A DNA stretch of 63,877 nt, counting the filler, from Kipferlia bialata (taxonomy: Eukaryota): the NCBI GenBank assembly GCA_003568945.1. It is 4 parts of 4 records of this genome, joined end to end, with 100 filler letters (N's around TTAATTAATTAA, not from the genome) between each part and the next. Parts side by side here need not be neighbours in the genome. Positions count along the whole stretch, not along the records: positions 1 to 22,298 come from BDIP01000297.1; 3 more parts are not named here. One strand, given 5' to 3'. The notes beneath the pieces are model-generated. The model did no database searches, was not told the DNA's origin, and worked only from the letters and a program-made list of their open reading frames with translations. Every line of letters begins with the position of its first letter. Positions within the stretch are counted from its first letter, which is position 1. Of the stretch, positions 1-17,693 are shown one piece after another. The position numbers and the translations under genes are program-made.

Positions 1-246
1 TGTATATATATATAGTGTATGACTGAAGCAGACAGTGGCTGTCACAGGTACAGAGTATATACATATGTATATATATATAGTGTATATAATATGATATATA
101 TATATATATATATATATACGAGAAGCACACAGTGGCTGTCACAGGCCCCTACTACCCCTCTGCTGTGCTTGACACTCTATATATACATAGTGTATATATA
201 TATATATATATAGTCTATATATATAACTGTATACCCCTAACCTCAG

Positions 247-3200
247 TGACCCTTGACATCTCCGACCCCTACTACCCCTCTGCCGTGTTTGACACTCTGC
301 CGGTGCCCACATCTGACCAGGGGGCACCTAGAGGAGTATCCATAGGTATATACAATACACACATATATGTATTCATATATATTGGAGATAGAGAGAGAGA
401 GAGATATTGTCTGTGCCCACATCTGACCAGGGGGGTATCATTATAGATATGTGCATTATGTGTAGATATATTATATGTACCACCTGTATGTATTAGACAT
501 ATGTATTAGACACATGTATTTATTGTATATGTGTGTATAGAGGGGGACATAGAGACTCCTAGCCAGGGGGCACCCAGGGGGGACAGTATAGATTCAATGT
601 ATGCATATTTGTTGTTGTAAACACTTACTAGGCCTAGTAGTTGTATATATATCCTTGCTCACCCCCAGCCTCTGTCTCCCTATCATATCCCCATGCACTA
701 TATTCATTCATGTATAGGTGTAAGTCCATAGTATGTATAGTGTCACATCTCACCCCCAGCCTCTGTCTCTCTGTCATATCCCCATGCCGCTGTGTCGCTG
801 GGTGTGTATGGAGTGGCCATGTACACACACACCGCCAGCACATCTACACAAGCATCGAGTAATCTACGCGATTATGACACTGCCTGGGTGGTTGAGACTG
901 TCCTCACCCATGCCTCCTGCACCCCTGACTCTGCCGTCCCATACTGCTATGGGGACTATGGCACCAATGTCTCTGTGACACGGGGGGGAGGGGCAGTGTT
1001 CCACAGTGATGAGTGCATTGAGCTGGAGGTATATATAGTACATATAGTATATATAGAATATATACACATATATATATAATGGTATGTATATATATGTACC
1101 AAGTGTCACAGTGACACAGGGTATGCAGTATGTGCATATGTATATACGCTGCATACTATAATACTATCAGTGTATATACACACATACTGTATGTCATCAA
1201 TTGTGTAACCCCAGAACACTGATGATGACTTTGAGCAGTAACGGTGTATATTGAACATACATGAATATATAATAATGTATAATATGTATATGTATATATG
1301 TATACACATCATAAAGGTGTGATACCAATGCTGACACCAGAGCACTGACGATGACTTTGAGCAGTACGGGTGTGTCATCACGGCCAACAGGTACCGTATG
1401 TGTGTATATACACTATATATAGTATGTAGCATATGGTGTATATAGATACATATACTATATAGGCATCTGATGCATTGGAGTATGGGTGTGTCATCACGGC
1501 CAGCAGGTATATGCATTGTATATATATATATATATATATTCTTATATACTATATATATATATATATATATACTATATGTATATGTCATCACGGCCAGCAG
1601 GTATGGAAGTATGTATATATATATGTAGTATGTATAGGGATAGGTATGGATGTGTATGAAGGTACACATGTATCTCTGTCAATCTATAGATACTATATTG
1701 GTGTGTGAACCATAGAATAGTATGATGTGCTGCAAAATTGCAAATCTGAGGGAAACTACCAGAGGTGAGATGTGTACCATATAATGCAGTGTTATGTATG
1801 CTATTCTCTTTACTGACCTCAGGGACACCAACAGTGGCCAATGGGTCATGACTTGTGTTGATAGAATGTGTATATATATACCTTTAGTGTGTATATAGGA
1901 TGTATGTAGTAGGTATGTATATATATATATATATATATACCTTTAGTATCTACTATACTCCTGACTGGCCAGTGGGCCATGACTGGTGTTCTATATGCAC
2001 TGTATATAGTATATATTTACACATTATGTATATGTGAACGCGTACCCAGTCTAGGGACAATGTTCTATATGCACTGTATATAGTATATATATATAAATAT
2101 TTCGTACCCACTCTAGGGACAGCAGTGGAGAGTGGGCCATGACTGGTGTATATATACACTATATATACACTATATATATATATATATGGTATAGTATTAG
2201 TTACCCACTCTAGGGACAATGTTCTATATGCACTGTATATAGTATATATATATATGTATCGTACCCACTCTAGGGACATCAGTGGAGGGTGGGCCGTGAC
2301 TGGGGGTGTGCAGTCCATGCTGTACAAGCTACTGATGGCTGATGGGACCGACATGCTGATGTACTTGGATGAGGGGACAGTGCTGGCTGGGGTGGGGACA
2401 GCAGGTATATACTAGTATATATACTAGTACATGTGGGTACATGGATGTGTGTATGATTATTTGTATACACCTCCTGACCCCCCAGACATATATGGCGCCG
2501 TGGCCCTGTCTGTCCAGCCTGATATATATATATATATATAGACATATACATATATATATATATGTATAGATAGATATATATAGACTGACCCAGACATATA
2601 TGGCGCCGTGGCCCTGTCTGTCCAGCCTGATGCACCCACCCTGCCTGTGTCAGTGTATGCAGCACCAGCCAGTATTGCATTAGGTATAGTATATAGTGTA
2701 TATAGGAGGGTCTGGAGGGTCTCATTCAGTCATGTCTCTCTCACACACACTCTCTCTCTCTCGTTATATATGTATTCTATTAGTATACTTACACAAGACA
2801 CACAGAGTCTCTGTCTATATGTGAATATGAATGCATATCTCTAACCCCCAGGCCAGTCCATGCTGGAGGGTCTCAAGCTGTCCTTCTCAGACAGTGCTGG
2901 ACAGGCAGTGTATGACCCGAGTGCCACGGTGATAGTGACCATTCCAGGTATATACTGTTACTGTGTCCCACTATACAACAACCATGTTCACTTGGTATAT
3001 ACTCGTTTGTATATCCTTGCCGTGTATGACCCATCTGCCACCGTGATAGTGACCATTCCAGGTATACATATGATATATATTACTCATACTATATGACTCT
3101 AGGGACTGTGTCTGAATAGTGTGTATACTATATACTCTCTTATATGTGTGTATGACCCATCTGCCACAGTGGAAGTGACCATTCCAGGTACGCTATAAAT

Positions 3201-4495
3201 ATTCTCTAGCTATTTGCCATTTGTGTATGCGTATAGTGGACTCTACTCCTAGGTTCCACACACCCCATACACCGTTCTTACGCTCATGTGTGTGAAGATG
3301 TGTGTATATATGTACATATTCCCTTACATATACCCTCACTCCAGGCGGCAACGCGTCCAGTGACAATGTACTAACCCCACAAATAGAGAATCACATGTAT
3401 ATTTATGGACACACACATATATATACATGGATCTAGGTATTTATATATGCCCATATTCCATGACCCAAGGTGGCACCTCGTCCAGTGACATATATATATA
3501 CATATACATATACATATATATATATATATCATGTGCCCTGACCCCTCAGGTGGCACCTCGTCCAGTGACTCTGTCCTCTACGCCCAGGCCGACCCTACCC
3601 TGCATGCATACACAGTGCCACCTCTGGTATGATATATATAGAGAGATAGAGAGGGATAGAGTAATACACATACACACACACACATATATATATATATATT
3701 TAAATCTATATATATATACATATGCATGCACAGTGCCACCTCTGGTATGTGATGTATAGAGAGACAGGGAGATGGATAGATGGGCAGATGGATAGTTGTA
3801 TAGATAGACAGATACGCAGTGCCACCTCTGGTATGTGTATATATGTCTATATATGTGTATGTTGACTGTGTGTATATTGATATAGCTTGATGGCTGTTGT
3901 CGTGATGCAAGTTTCTATACTCTAGATCCACTGTCTACAATACCACGTTTCTCTCTCGATCTATGAATACCTCTTCTCTCACCCCTTAGATCCTTGACTA
4001 CACCTCTGTCAACAGTCTGGGTGCACAGGTGGATCTGGGGGTCACCTTCTATGGGGTCACAGGTATACATGTATGTATATGTATATATATATATATACAT
4101 TGTAGTGGAGTGCCATGTATATGTATATATATGTATGTATATATATATAGTGGTCACCTTCTATGGGGTCACAGGTATATACTATATAGTATACTATCAC
4201 TGTATATATAATATACAGTGATATACTGTGATATACATCTATTGGGAGAGGTGGATCTGGGGGTCACGTTCTACGGAGTGACAGGTGGGTGTGTATACAT
4301 AGGGTGTATTCTATGGAGTGACAGTATTGGTCTTTGGGGTATACTACTCTCTGACAGGTATAAACTATATAGTATACTATCACTGTATATTATATATACT
4401 GTATATACATCTATTGGCCTTTGGTATATACACTACTCTCTCTAAGCCTCTATATATAGTCACTTATACTCGGCACTGAGTCCATCTATACGTTC

Positions 4496-4530
<35 letters not shown>

Positions 4531-4955
4531 ACATGTATACTAACCACAGGCACTGAGTACATCTGTGACCTCAGTGTCCAGACTGACCTGACCTTTCTCT
4601 CTCTCTCTTTCTCTCTCCCTCCCCCCCTCTCTCTCTCATATACCTTACTGCTGCTTACCCTCCAGGCACTGAGTACATCTATGACCTCAGTGTCCAGACT
4701 GACCTCACTGTCTCCCTCACCACCACATGTGGCAAGACAGGGGGGGTCAGCATATACCCCTTGTACCAGGGTGGGTATATACACACTAGTGTAGAGTGAA
4801 TACTATATACGCTGTACTCTAGGATATATCTTCTACATGTGGCAAGACTAGGGGTTGTGGCAGTATATCCACTGTACCAGGGTGAGATGTCTGTACTAGC
4901 ATGTTGCATCTGTATTGTCTCTCACGCATTACCTCAGACTCCACCGTATACTCTG

Positions 4956-4999
<44 letters not shown>

Positions 5000-6365
5000 C
5001 TAATCGCTAGATAGCTCTCTGGACTCCACACCCACTGTCTACTCTCTCTCTCTCTCTCTACCATTCCTATGCCCCTGACCCCTCAGACTCCACCCTTGAC
5101 TCGACACCCACTGTCTACTCAGTCACCCTGACCAATGAGTACGGGGCAACAATAATGGATGGGAGACAGGTATGTGGGGAATGTGTTATATACACGCATA
5201 CTATCATGTCTGTCATGTGTATATATAGGTGTTGCATGGTATACCACTCTATATAGTTATATAGTGATATATATGAATAGTTATATAGTATACCACCGAC
5301 TAACCCCATTGTCCTGTCTACTATGTGTGGTTCACTTTCTATGTTACTCTTGAGGTGTACTATATACTATATGCTATATACTATATACTATATACTATAT
5401 ACTATATGAGCACTATGGCCACTAATCCACCAGGTCCAGATAGGCCTGTCTGACTCTGCCATGTGTGACATGGCATGGGATGCAGACACACTGGCATACA
5501 GTGCCACCCTCACATGCACAGGCAGGGGATGTTCATGTATACATGCTGCTGATGATTTCTACGTTGATCTTCCCACACACACCCTCACCCTCCAGACGGT
5601 GACTCTCTCCACGTGGCTGTGTACTATGCTGGGTCATCATACAGGGTGGAGGAGAGGTATGGGCATTTATACTGCACTATAATATAAATATACAGAATAC
5701 ATCATGTGATTATTATGTGATAGAAGCCTCTATACAGTTGGGAAGGGTTCATTGTTACTACAGATCCACTTCTCTCACGTCACTTCTTTAGTGTAACTCA
5801 CACTCAGCGGATATACATTTTATATATATATATACGACTATACTCTATATGTGTATTTACTTAGATTATAGTGTATAGTATAGAGTGTGTATAGTTCACC
5901 CTAGGCTCCACTACTCCTCCCCCGTGACCTCTGCCCGTATATATATATATATATATGTATATGTATATGTATATATTTATATATATATGTATATTGATTA
6001 TAGTATATATAGTCTATATATACTACGTATACTCACTCCCAGGCTCCACTACTCCTCCCCCGTGACCTCTGCCCGTGTGTCCCCTGATAGCTGTCAGCTC
6101 TACATGCCCACCACATTCTGTGCACACCTGTCAGACAGTCAGGGTAAGTACTACATGTATAGTATATATATATATTGTTGTATTAGTATATATTGTCCGA
6201 TAGTCAGGGTAAGTATTATTATTCATATGTATCCATTGGATGAGTATACATGTATGAGTATACACCCTGTGCACACCTCTCAGATAGCCAGGGTAGGTAT
6301 GTGTATAGTGTATATATACACATTCTGTATCTATATATATTATACATATACATTATACATTGAGG

Positions 6366-6407
<42 letters not shown>

Positions 6408-9278
6408 TTGTCGATTAATCCTCTTTTAGTAGTGTGTATGTTGTGTATCTATATTCTAGCAGTACCAGGCCACATGATCGGTGGTGACCTTGCCTCCCCA
6501 TCCACACTCCTGTATAGTATATGTATATATTCATATACATACAATAGTATAATATCATCAGTTATGTATGTCAATACAAATATAAATATAGATTCATAAC
6601 CCCAGGCCGCATGATTGGGGGTGACCTTGCCTCGCCCTCCCTCCAGTTCAGTACCAGTGGGCAGGCACAGACAACAGAGGCAGAGGTGTGGATGTATATA
6701 CATATACATATATATATACATGTGTATATATATGATATATATATATAATATACTATACATGCTAGTACAAGGGGACAGGCACAGACTACAGTGGCTGAGG
6801 TGAGTATGTATATACATATACATATATATACATGTGTATATGTATGATATTCATTATATATACATATGGTGGATATATATACATATACACATATATATAT
6901 TTACATGTGTATATATATGATATTTATTATATATACAGACAACAGTGGCTGAGGTATTTTTGTATTCTTATATGAGAAGATGTTTTCTCTACACTGGCGT
7001 GTTGGATTTCCATGTTCTGACTATTTCATATACTCATCTTCCATAATGTAGATATATATACATACTGATCCATCTCACACTTCCAGTGGGATGAGTATGC
7101 CCATGCCTACTGTGCTATTACCTGTACTCTCCTCAGTCATTAGTGCATTATATATATATATGCGTACTGTATCCCTCTAACCTCCAGTGGGATGAGTTTG
7201 CCCATGCCTACTGTGCCATACTGGTACCCGAGCACAGCCACACGGATGATGCTGATAGTGTGCTCTCTATACAGGTATGGACATATGTAAATTATACTGT
7301 GTATAATATTACTCATCTCTCCAGGTCCGGTACGATGGAGATATGTATATATTATTGTCTATACTACTATTATATACTATATGTATATATATAAGTCTAT
7401 CCTACTCAGTGTTCAGGTCCTGTACGAGGGTGTAGTCAGTGAGTGTCTCATCTATAGCATACAGTATATAGACATATGCTTTGAGTCACAGATACTTAAC
7501 ATCCAGGTCCTGTATATATATATATATATATATCTGCATATATTCTCCAGACCTCCGACTTGGAGCAAAAAGCCAGTTTAGTTTAGAATGTTATACTTAT
7601 CTCTCCAGGTCCTTATATATATGTATATGTATGCATATGCTCATCTCTCCAGGTCCTGTACGAGGGTGCAGTCATTGGCCACAGTGATGTGACAGTGTAC
7701 GATGCACTGGAGGGGGTGTCAGTGCACACACCGTCAGGTACGACACTCTACATATATACACACATATATATGTATATTCTATGCCCTTTTGCCCAGCCAA
7801 TGACCCCTTCCACTCTGGTGCCATGTGTACTCTTCTAGTATATACACATTATTGCCTATGTATATACCCATTTCTATTCAATTGTATGTACCGTATATAT
7901 GTATACTAACCTCCAGCCAATGACCCCTTCCGGTCTGGTGCCATGTGTGCCCACTCAGACCTGATGTTCATAGTGGACGCAGCCAGTGCCAAGGTATACA
8001 TATAGTATTAGTATATGTATATGTATATAGGTGTATATTAATATATACATATATCTGTAACCATATCTCTATATATGTACATGTACCATATATATATATA
8101 TATATATCATATGCAGCTAGTGCCAAGGTATACATGTATACATATATACATGTACCATACATATATATATATATATATATCTGCCTCTTAGGTCCGTGTA
8201 TAGGGTCTCCACCCACACCGACCCAGTCTTCTACACCCTTATGTATCTATCACATATGTACATGTATACTATATATCCAACCCCAGGTCCGTGTGTACCG
8301 TGTCTCCACCCACACCGACCCTGTCTCCTACACCCTTCTGTCAGAGGCTGACCTACTGACAACGGAGGGGTCATACAGTGAGTATGATACTGTCAGGTAA
8401 GCATTACCTTTGAATAGTGACTCTCTCTCTCTCTCTTACTCTAGCATATCCTATGACCCCTCCTCCTCCTACCTCGCTGTGGGTATCTCTCTCTATATAT
8501 ATATCCCTCTCGATATATATCTCCCTCTCTCTACATATATACCCATCTTACCCTAGCATATCCTATGACCCCTCCTCCTCCTATCTGGCTGTGGGCAGGT
8601 CAGGCATGGTAGGGGACAACGGGGCATACATGTACAGACTGGACGATGGAGGTAAGAGCTTATGCAGAAATGTATATATATATATATATGTATATGTATT
8701 GGCATGGCAGGGGACAAACGGGCATACATGTACAGACTCGATGACTCAGGTACCGATGTATATCCTAGCCACACACACACACATATATATATATATATAG
8801 TACACAGTGTATATATAGTAGTTGTGTGGGCATGTGGTAGGGGAGTGCAGGCTGGACGATGGAGGTATGGACTGCTACACTCATACACAAGTGTATGACC
8901 TCCCCTATCTTCATCTGACCCCTAAGCCCTCCACCTCGTTGTGCGTCTATCCCACTCTGTATATATACAGTGTATACACATATATATACTTATCTATGTA
9001 TTTATGTATATATAATATCTCTCACCCTCTAGCCACCCTCCACCCCGTTGGGTGTCTTGGTCACTCCGATTATACATATAGTGTATCTTTATATGTGTAT
9101 ATATATACCTATATGCATATACAGTATCCTTACCCCCAGCCACATTGCATCCTGTTGGGTGTCTGGCCCACTCTGATGGTAACAGCCACGACTCAACTGG
9201 GCTGGTGGCCATGGAGAAGGGTACGGTATCTATGATATATAGTCATGCATATAGTATAGATATTGATATATATATATG

Positions 9279-9311
<33 letters not shown>

Positions 9312-11863
9312 ACTGGGCTGGTGGCCATGGAGAAGGGCATGATACAGTACATGACAGACACATACATATATGTACAGATTCATATATATATATGTACATA
9401 TATACATACATATATACATATATGTACATATATACATATATGTACAGATACATTCAGAGACTGCTTGTATGTACAATATACGCATACTCTCACTGACACC
9501 AGGTGTCCTAGTGATTGCCATGTCATACTCTGTATGTATCAAGTGTATATACATATATATATGATATGGTATATATGTTATATACATATATATATATACT
9601 CTCACTGATATCAGGTGTCCTAGTGATTGCCATGGACAACGGGGCCACCATATACGGCCTGGAGGATGGGGTATGGGGACTCAAGCAGGTGCTGTACCAT
9701 ATTGCATAAATAGATATATTTATATATATGACCATACTTGTACCTATATCTTAATAGGGTATAGTATATACGGCCTGGAGGATGGGGTATGGGGACTCAA
9801 GCAGGTATCACTACTGAGCTATGCTCCATATGTATATATATAGAGGTGTATGAATAGTGCTATTGTATTTACGGACTGGGGAAGCAGGTATGGTCATAGT
9901 TACAATGATTAGTCATGTATTGTACTGGTAAATGTATGTGTGGAGTCATAGCAATGCCCTAACCCCCAGGAGATTGTGGTTGACCTGGGCCCGTACTATG
10001 TGCAGCCATGGGTGGACACAGATGGGGAGACAATTGTGATAGGTATATATATACATGCACATATACATATATATATATAATATACATATATGCCATGGGT
10101 GGACACAGATGGGGAGACCATTGTGATAGGTATGGACATATATTGAGAGAGAGTGTGTATATGTATACAAGTATGTATGTATATGAATGGTATAGCCATG
10201 GGTGGACACGGACGGGGATACTATAGTGATAGGTATAGTAGGGATCATATATAGGTATATATATGGTGACTTCTATCGGTGTAGAGTCACAAGACTCAGT
10301 ATCGGTATGAATAAATAGATACACACTTACACCAGGTGTCACGTACTACCACCATGTGCTTGTGTACAGTAGGGACGCTGATACACACATGTGGGCACTC
10401 AGCGATACGGTATGCGTTGGTGCAGTACACTACATATTGTGATTAGACACATTCTCTTGTGCCTCTTGTTGTATTGACATGTGGGCACTCAGTGACACGG
10501 TGAGTGTATTGAGAGTGCACTCTTTCTCTTTCTCTCTTTCTCTCTTTACAGTATAATATATGTTGTTGAATACTCTTGCACTAGTGTATGAATAGTCATT
10601 CGTGAATACACATTTATGTTTGGGATAGTGGAGTCTTACCTGTCTTACCCTCAGTTGGTTGACCCCTATCTGACCTGGAACACAGGCTATGGGGAGATAG
10701 TGGCAGTGGACAGGTATACATAGTGCGTGTATACACTAAATATTGTATTTGATAGTTAGATATATTATATATAGTATTATATATAGCACAGGCTATGGGG
10801 AGATAGTGGCGGTGGACAGGTGTGTATGTATACTATGTATGTATAGTATGTATACTATGTATGTATAGTATATACTGATATGTATAAATATGATATGATT
10901 GTGTGTGTATTCCATGATCTTTATATGCAGAGATAGTGGCAGTGGACAGGTACTGATATATATATACAAATATATATACATATATATATATATGTGTGTA
11001 TGTATAGTATGATTGTGTGTATGCATATCGACATATGGAGAGATAGTGCCAGTGGCCAGGTGTGTATATATACTATATATAGTATATACTGATATGTATA
11101 TATATGATATGATTGGGTTTATACATCATGATGCATATATGGCGAGATAATGGCAGAGTCATACACTGATACATGTATATACAGTCAGTGAACACTACAA
11201 TGCAAAGATATATTATTTATATGTGTACTGCTGACCATCCAGGGACATCATACTTCTAGTCACCATGCCCATTTGTAGTATTCATGTACTATACACACAC
11301 CTCTATATTCTAACTATTCGTGCATATATATATACATGTATGTAGTATACTGACCATCCAGGGATATTATTCTTGTCACCAACCGCTATGCCCCTCTGGC
11401 AGCATGGGTTATAGTCATATATATTCATATATATATCCATATATATTCTTATGTATATTATGTACATATAGATGTAGACATTGATATAGATATATACTTA
11501 TGTATATTATGTACATATAGATATAGACATTGATATTGATATATACTTATACTCAGGGACATCATCCTGGTCACCAACCACTATGCCCCCTCTGGCAACT
11601 TTGATATCACAGGGCCTCCCATGTATGTGTACACTAGGGATGCAGACTCCCTAAGTAAGGGAGAGAGAGAAAACGAGTATCTTAGAAAGGGAGGGAGAGA
11701 TGGAGAGAGTGAGACTGACGGTGACTGCGGGTGGACCCTTACCACCATGTATGTGGGCCCATCCAACAACCAGTTTGTGTACTCTACCATAGAGGTGGAG
11801 GATGGGACCATCCTGATCACGGACAAGTATGGGTGGGAGGTATGCGTATATATGTATATATAT

Positions 11864-11903
<40 letters not shown>

Positions 11904-13465
11904 GGACGATCTTGATCACTGACAAGTATGGGTGGGAGGTGGGTGTGGCATGTATATCTGATACTGAGATGGATATATATATATATATATATGTATGGGT
12001 GTGTGTGTGTGTGTGTGATGACCGACACTGCTATCAATAGCAATAGCACAAGAATAGTACTCACCCCCATGTCCATGTGTACACTCCTATTTGTATTGAT
12101 AACTGTAATACGTAGGTGTATATATATTATGAAGTATATATTATATCATATATATATATATATAATAATACGTAATATGTTCCACTGACCCTCAGATCCA
12201 TGTGTACACCCTGTCTCCAATGGACAACACTCTGGTGCAGGTGGGTGTATATATACATAGTATATATATGTATAGTGCCCTGTCTCCAATGGACAATATA
12301 TATATGTGTGTATATATATATATAGTATATATATAGTATATGTATATAGTATGTACACTCTGGTGCAGGTAGGAGTAAGGACATTTGTGTATGTACTAGT
12401 GTATGTATATACGAGTGTAAGTATGTACACCCTGGTGCATGTAGGAGTATATATATACATATATATGTATTCACATATATGTATACACATATATATAGTA
12501 TTAATATATATATACATATATTTTATGTGCATGGTGCAGGTTTAGGTGAACGTAGCCAATAGGTGGCATGTACACATTCAACAAGACACTGGTACTGGAA
12601 GGAGTATAGTTATAGTATAGTAGCACGTACCCTAATGAGTCGGAAACTCTATTCATTATCTGTATACCCTTTATTCAGATTGAATGACACGACACTTTAC
12701 TATTCTTTGTCAATGTATTGGTGCCATATACATATGTATCATCATTCCGATATATATATATATGTATATGTATAATGCCAGGTCCGCACCCTGTCGTACG
12801 ATGGCTCAGAGCCAGGCCACTCCACATACACATACTTTGGACACCAGGCTGCATTCAGCGGGGAGACGGTGTATGCAACAGGTATATATATACTTGATAA
12901 TGTATAGATAACATATATCATCTGTTTACTATGCACTATATGTTTTGCGGCGTTCAGGTGGGAATACAGTGTATGCCACAGGTATGGGTATATATATATG
13001 TACTATATATATGTACTATATATATGTACTATATATATGTACTATATATATGTGTTATATGTATAGTACTATATGTATAGTACTATGTAGTATACTCTGG
13101 AATCCTAAGTCCGGCTTAGCCGATACCAAATACTGTACACTGTTTACATATTCATTGTATACATATATATGTATTTTCCTAACCCCATATATATATGTAT
13201 ACTATATCCCATATCTATATGTATACTATAGACAGTGTAGCTTCCTGACCCCATCGCTGTCTTCACCGAGACCCTTGATGCCCCTGTCTCTATATTAACT
13301 AGTGTATACACTGTATAGTATATACTATATATATATAGTACTGCATGCATCTAACCCCCAGCCGTACTGACCGACACCGTTGACGCCCCTGTGTCCATAG
13401 TCACACTGTACAGTGGACCCAGCACAGGTATATATACATATATATTACATGTACATATATATATA

Positions 13466-13496
<31 letters not shown>

Positions 13497-15533
13497 GCTG
13501 GATACAGTGGACCCAGCACAGGTAAAGAGAGTGATGTAGTGTATACATACACACACACATATATATATATATATGAAGAAAGAGAGACATATCCGTCTCC
13601 CGCCACCGTCCATTTCACAGACACAGTTGTACTCTCTCTCTCTCTCTCCATACATATATATTGATAGAGTCTATCTAATATCAGCTGTCGTGTCTGACAT
13701 ATCCGTGTCCCCCTCCACTGTCCATTGTTCAGACCCATCTGTCACATTCACAGTGACACTACTAGACGAGGATGGGGATATAATCCAAGAGGTATGTATA
13801 TATATTTGTGTGTGTGTGTATGTATATACATGTGTATGCGTGTTCAGACCCATCTGTCATATTCACAGTGACACTCCTAGACGAGGACGGGGATGTGATT
13901 CAGGAGGTACTAGTATATGGATATTGATACTAGTATATGGATATCATACTCTATATCATAGAAGATTGATATATTGATACTAGTATATGAATATATGCAT
14001 AGGGTACACGGTGGTCTCACCCCTAGGACCTCACCTCCCGCCTCACCTTCAACTGGATGTGCACCATACTATATACACACAATATATATATTTACTATAT
14101 ACTGTATAATACTGTCACAATATATATATGCTATATACTGTATGCTCTATAGTAATGACCTAACCCACCAGGACCTCACCCCCCGCCTCACCTTCAACTG
14201 GATGTGCACCATACTATTTACACGATATACACTACATATACTATACACTATATACTATATACAACACTAGTGCCCCCTAACACACTAGGATCTGACCCCC
14301 CACCTCACCTTCAACTGGATGTGCACGATGTATGACCCATCGAGTGTAGTATACGACACAGAGATATGCACATACACTGTGGTGTATGGTGATGCAACAG
14401 GTATTGTAGACATATACATTTGTATATGTGTGTATATATGATATAATTGTGTATACATGTATGACCCATCGAGTGTAGTATACGACACAGAGACATGTGC
14501 ATACACGGTGGTGGATGGTGATGCAACAGGTATTCATTTACTATGCATTCACTGTCTATACACTGTATACACACAATATATGACCCAAAGAGACTGTCAC
14601 AGGTTGTGTACACATGTAGCTGTGTATAGTGCATGTAGTATAGCGTATAGTACCTATTTCTTTCCCTTGCATTTCTACCTCCCACCACAGTCTTTGAGAT
14701 TACATATACGCACAAGTGAATACATATACTTAGATACGTTGCACATATATATATGTACCCCCCCCCCCCAGTCTGCACTGCCAGTGTGGGCGTGTCTCTC
14801 TCTCTCTCTCTATCCATATATATATACTCTACCCACTGTATACACACATACACACTCATATGCAATAGTCATAGTGTATATGTGTCTATATACATGGTAC
14901 ACATACCTATATCATAGAGAGTATACATATATATATTCTTACATGTATATATGTGTCTATCTCCCACCCCAGTCTGCACTGCCAGTGTGGGCACCACCCA
15001 CATATATACATATATGTATAATGAATGCGCATACGACGAGTATCATTCCCCTTGTACCCTCATTATCTCATACCCCAGTCTGCACCGCCTATATCATAGA
15101 GTGTATATATATATATATATACACTTATATGTATATATGTGTCTATCTGATACCCCAGTCTGCACCGCCAGTGTGGGCTCCAGCTACTTTGGTGTGTACA
15201 TTGAGAGTCAGACAGCAGAGGGGTTCAACCTGTCACAGAGCGGGTGAGTATAGTATATATGCTATTATTATATATGTATATATATGTGTGTGTGTGTGTG
15301 TGTGTATGTGTATATGTCTATGGAGCTAATGGGTTCAACCTGTCACAGAGCGGGTACGGAGATGTGTCTATATATGTCTGTAGATTTGAGTGCTAGCTGT
15401 GAATGTGTCTAGTAATCTCACCCTCATTACCAAGGTCCCCTTGCCTGTGGGGTAGACTGATGTATCTCTTTCTCTCTCTACATATACTTATATTGACTCT
15501 CTGTCCACAGTTTCCATGCCTGTTGAGTTCAGT

Positions 15534-15571
<38 letters not shown>

Positions 15572-17650
15572 CCTATATCTAACCCCTAGTGCCCGTATCC
15601 CCATGCCTGTTGAGTTTGCTGATGTCTCTCATGTGTCACTGCTGGACGGGGATGTGTACTATGGGAGTGGAGACCCATTATTCATAGGTATTATATATGT
15701 ATGTATATATATATGTGTGTGCGGGTATGAATGAATATATATTTACTGAGGGAGTGGAGATCCATTGCTCATAGTACGTTATATATTTGTGTGGTATATG
15801 TATACTATATATACTCGCCACAGGCATATACATCTATGACTCCCTTGGCTCCCCCATCACAGATGGCAGAGTATATACAGAGTATATATACAGTATATAC
15901 ATATATTTATACATATATACAATATACTATATATATGTGTGTACTGTATATTCTCACCACAGGCATATACATCTATGACAGCATGGGTTCTCCTATCACA
16001 GATGGCAGAGTATATACAGTATATCTATATATATATCACGGCTGGCAGAGTATAATCCTCTATACTAAGTATATATACTAACCCCAGGCATCTATGTCTA
16101 TGACAGCATGGGCTCCCCCATCACAGATGGCAGGGTGGTCAGGACAGGGATATCCCTCGAGGACTTCACAGTGGCCACATACCTATACCCAGGTATGAAT
16201 ATATTTCATATAGTACATATATATAAATATACTATATTCCATATTCATACTATGATGTCTTCAGTTTAGTGTATACCCGTACATGTGTATGCTCACCCCA
16301 GGCCATGACTACTATGCATACTATGCAGGTGACGTTGATACATGCCGGGCAGTGACACTCACAGTATATGTGGCACCGGACAGACACACGAGGTAATGTA
16401 TATATGGAAGTATGTGTATATATATATATATATGTGTGTGTGTATGTATTATATGTATTAATATACACTCACTGTATATGTGGCACCGGACAGACACACG
16501 AGGTATCTCTCTCTCTATATATATGTATATTTATATATATATAATAGATAGTGAGGATGACTGGTATGTCATACGTACGGTGTACGGTGTGTACTATCAT
16601 TATATGTACATCTACTATCTACACTCTAACCGCTAGTGAGGACCGAAATGCCCTTTACCACACCTATGTATTCACTACTCATATATAGATATGTGTGTAT
16701 ATGTATATATATACTATACAGTGTATACTCTACACCATCCTCACCCTCCAGTGAGGATGACTGGGATGCCCTCATTCCTCTATTATCCTATTAGCACATC
16801 AGGCATACTCTTTGCACTCTCTCTCTCTCTATATATGTGTGCTGTATACAACCTCTTACCCCCAGTGAGGATGACTGGGATGCCTTACCACACCTCTGTA
16901 TTAACTATATATATGTATACAAGTATGTATGAATATGTATATATATGTATTCACACTCTATACACCCCTCTTACCCCCAGTGAGGATGACTGGGATGCCC
17001 TGATACCATACCCAGTCCCGGTGCAGGTATATATGTGCATAGATATATAGTGTATATACAGTGTATATTAGTATATATTATGCTCTATGTGGATGTATTG
17101 ATGCCCTGATACCATACCCAGTCCCGGTGCAGGTGGGTAGATGTATCTACATGTATATATATGACTATGATATATATGACTATGGACAGTGACGCCTCAG
17201 TACTCTATTCAGTGTTTAGTGTGCACTATTTATGTCAACTTCCTCGTATATATATATATATATATATACATATATGTATATATTTGGACCCTCATGGATG
17301 TCCCTCACCATACGTCTACACGGATGTGTCCTCCGTGGGTGGGAGATATACATATGTACATATATATGTGTGTGTGTATATATATCAAGATATATAGATC
17401 AAGATGCACTATACATTGTCCTAGCCATGTGATCCTAACGCCAGGTCTACACGGATGTGTCCTCCGTGGGTGAGAAGATATCATTCCCTTATATTGCATA
17501 TGTATGTATACCTATCTATATATATATACATGTATGTGCCTTACTCTAGGTCTACACAGATGTGTCCTCTGTGGGGGTCTATCCCCCAATGGTGGCCATA
17601 GGGCACACGACAGACTTTGTACTCACAGGTACGGAATATATACATATTTA

Positions 17651-17693
<43 letters not shown>
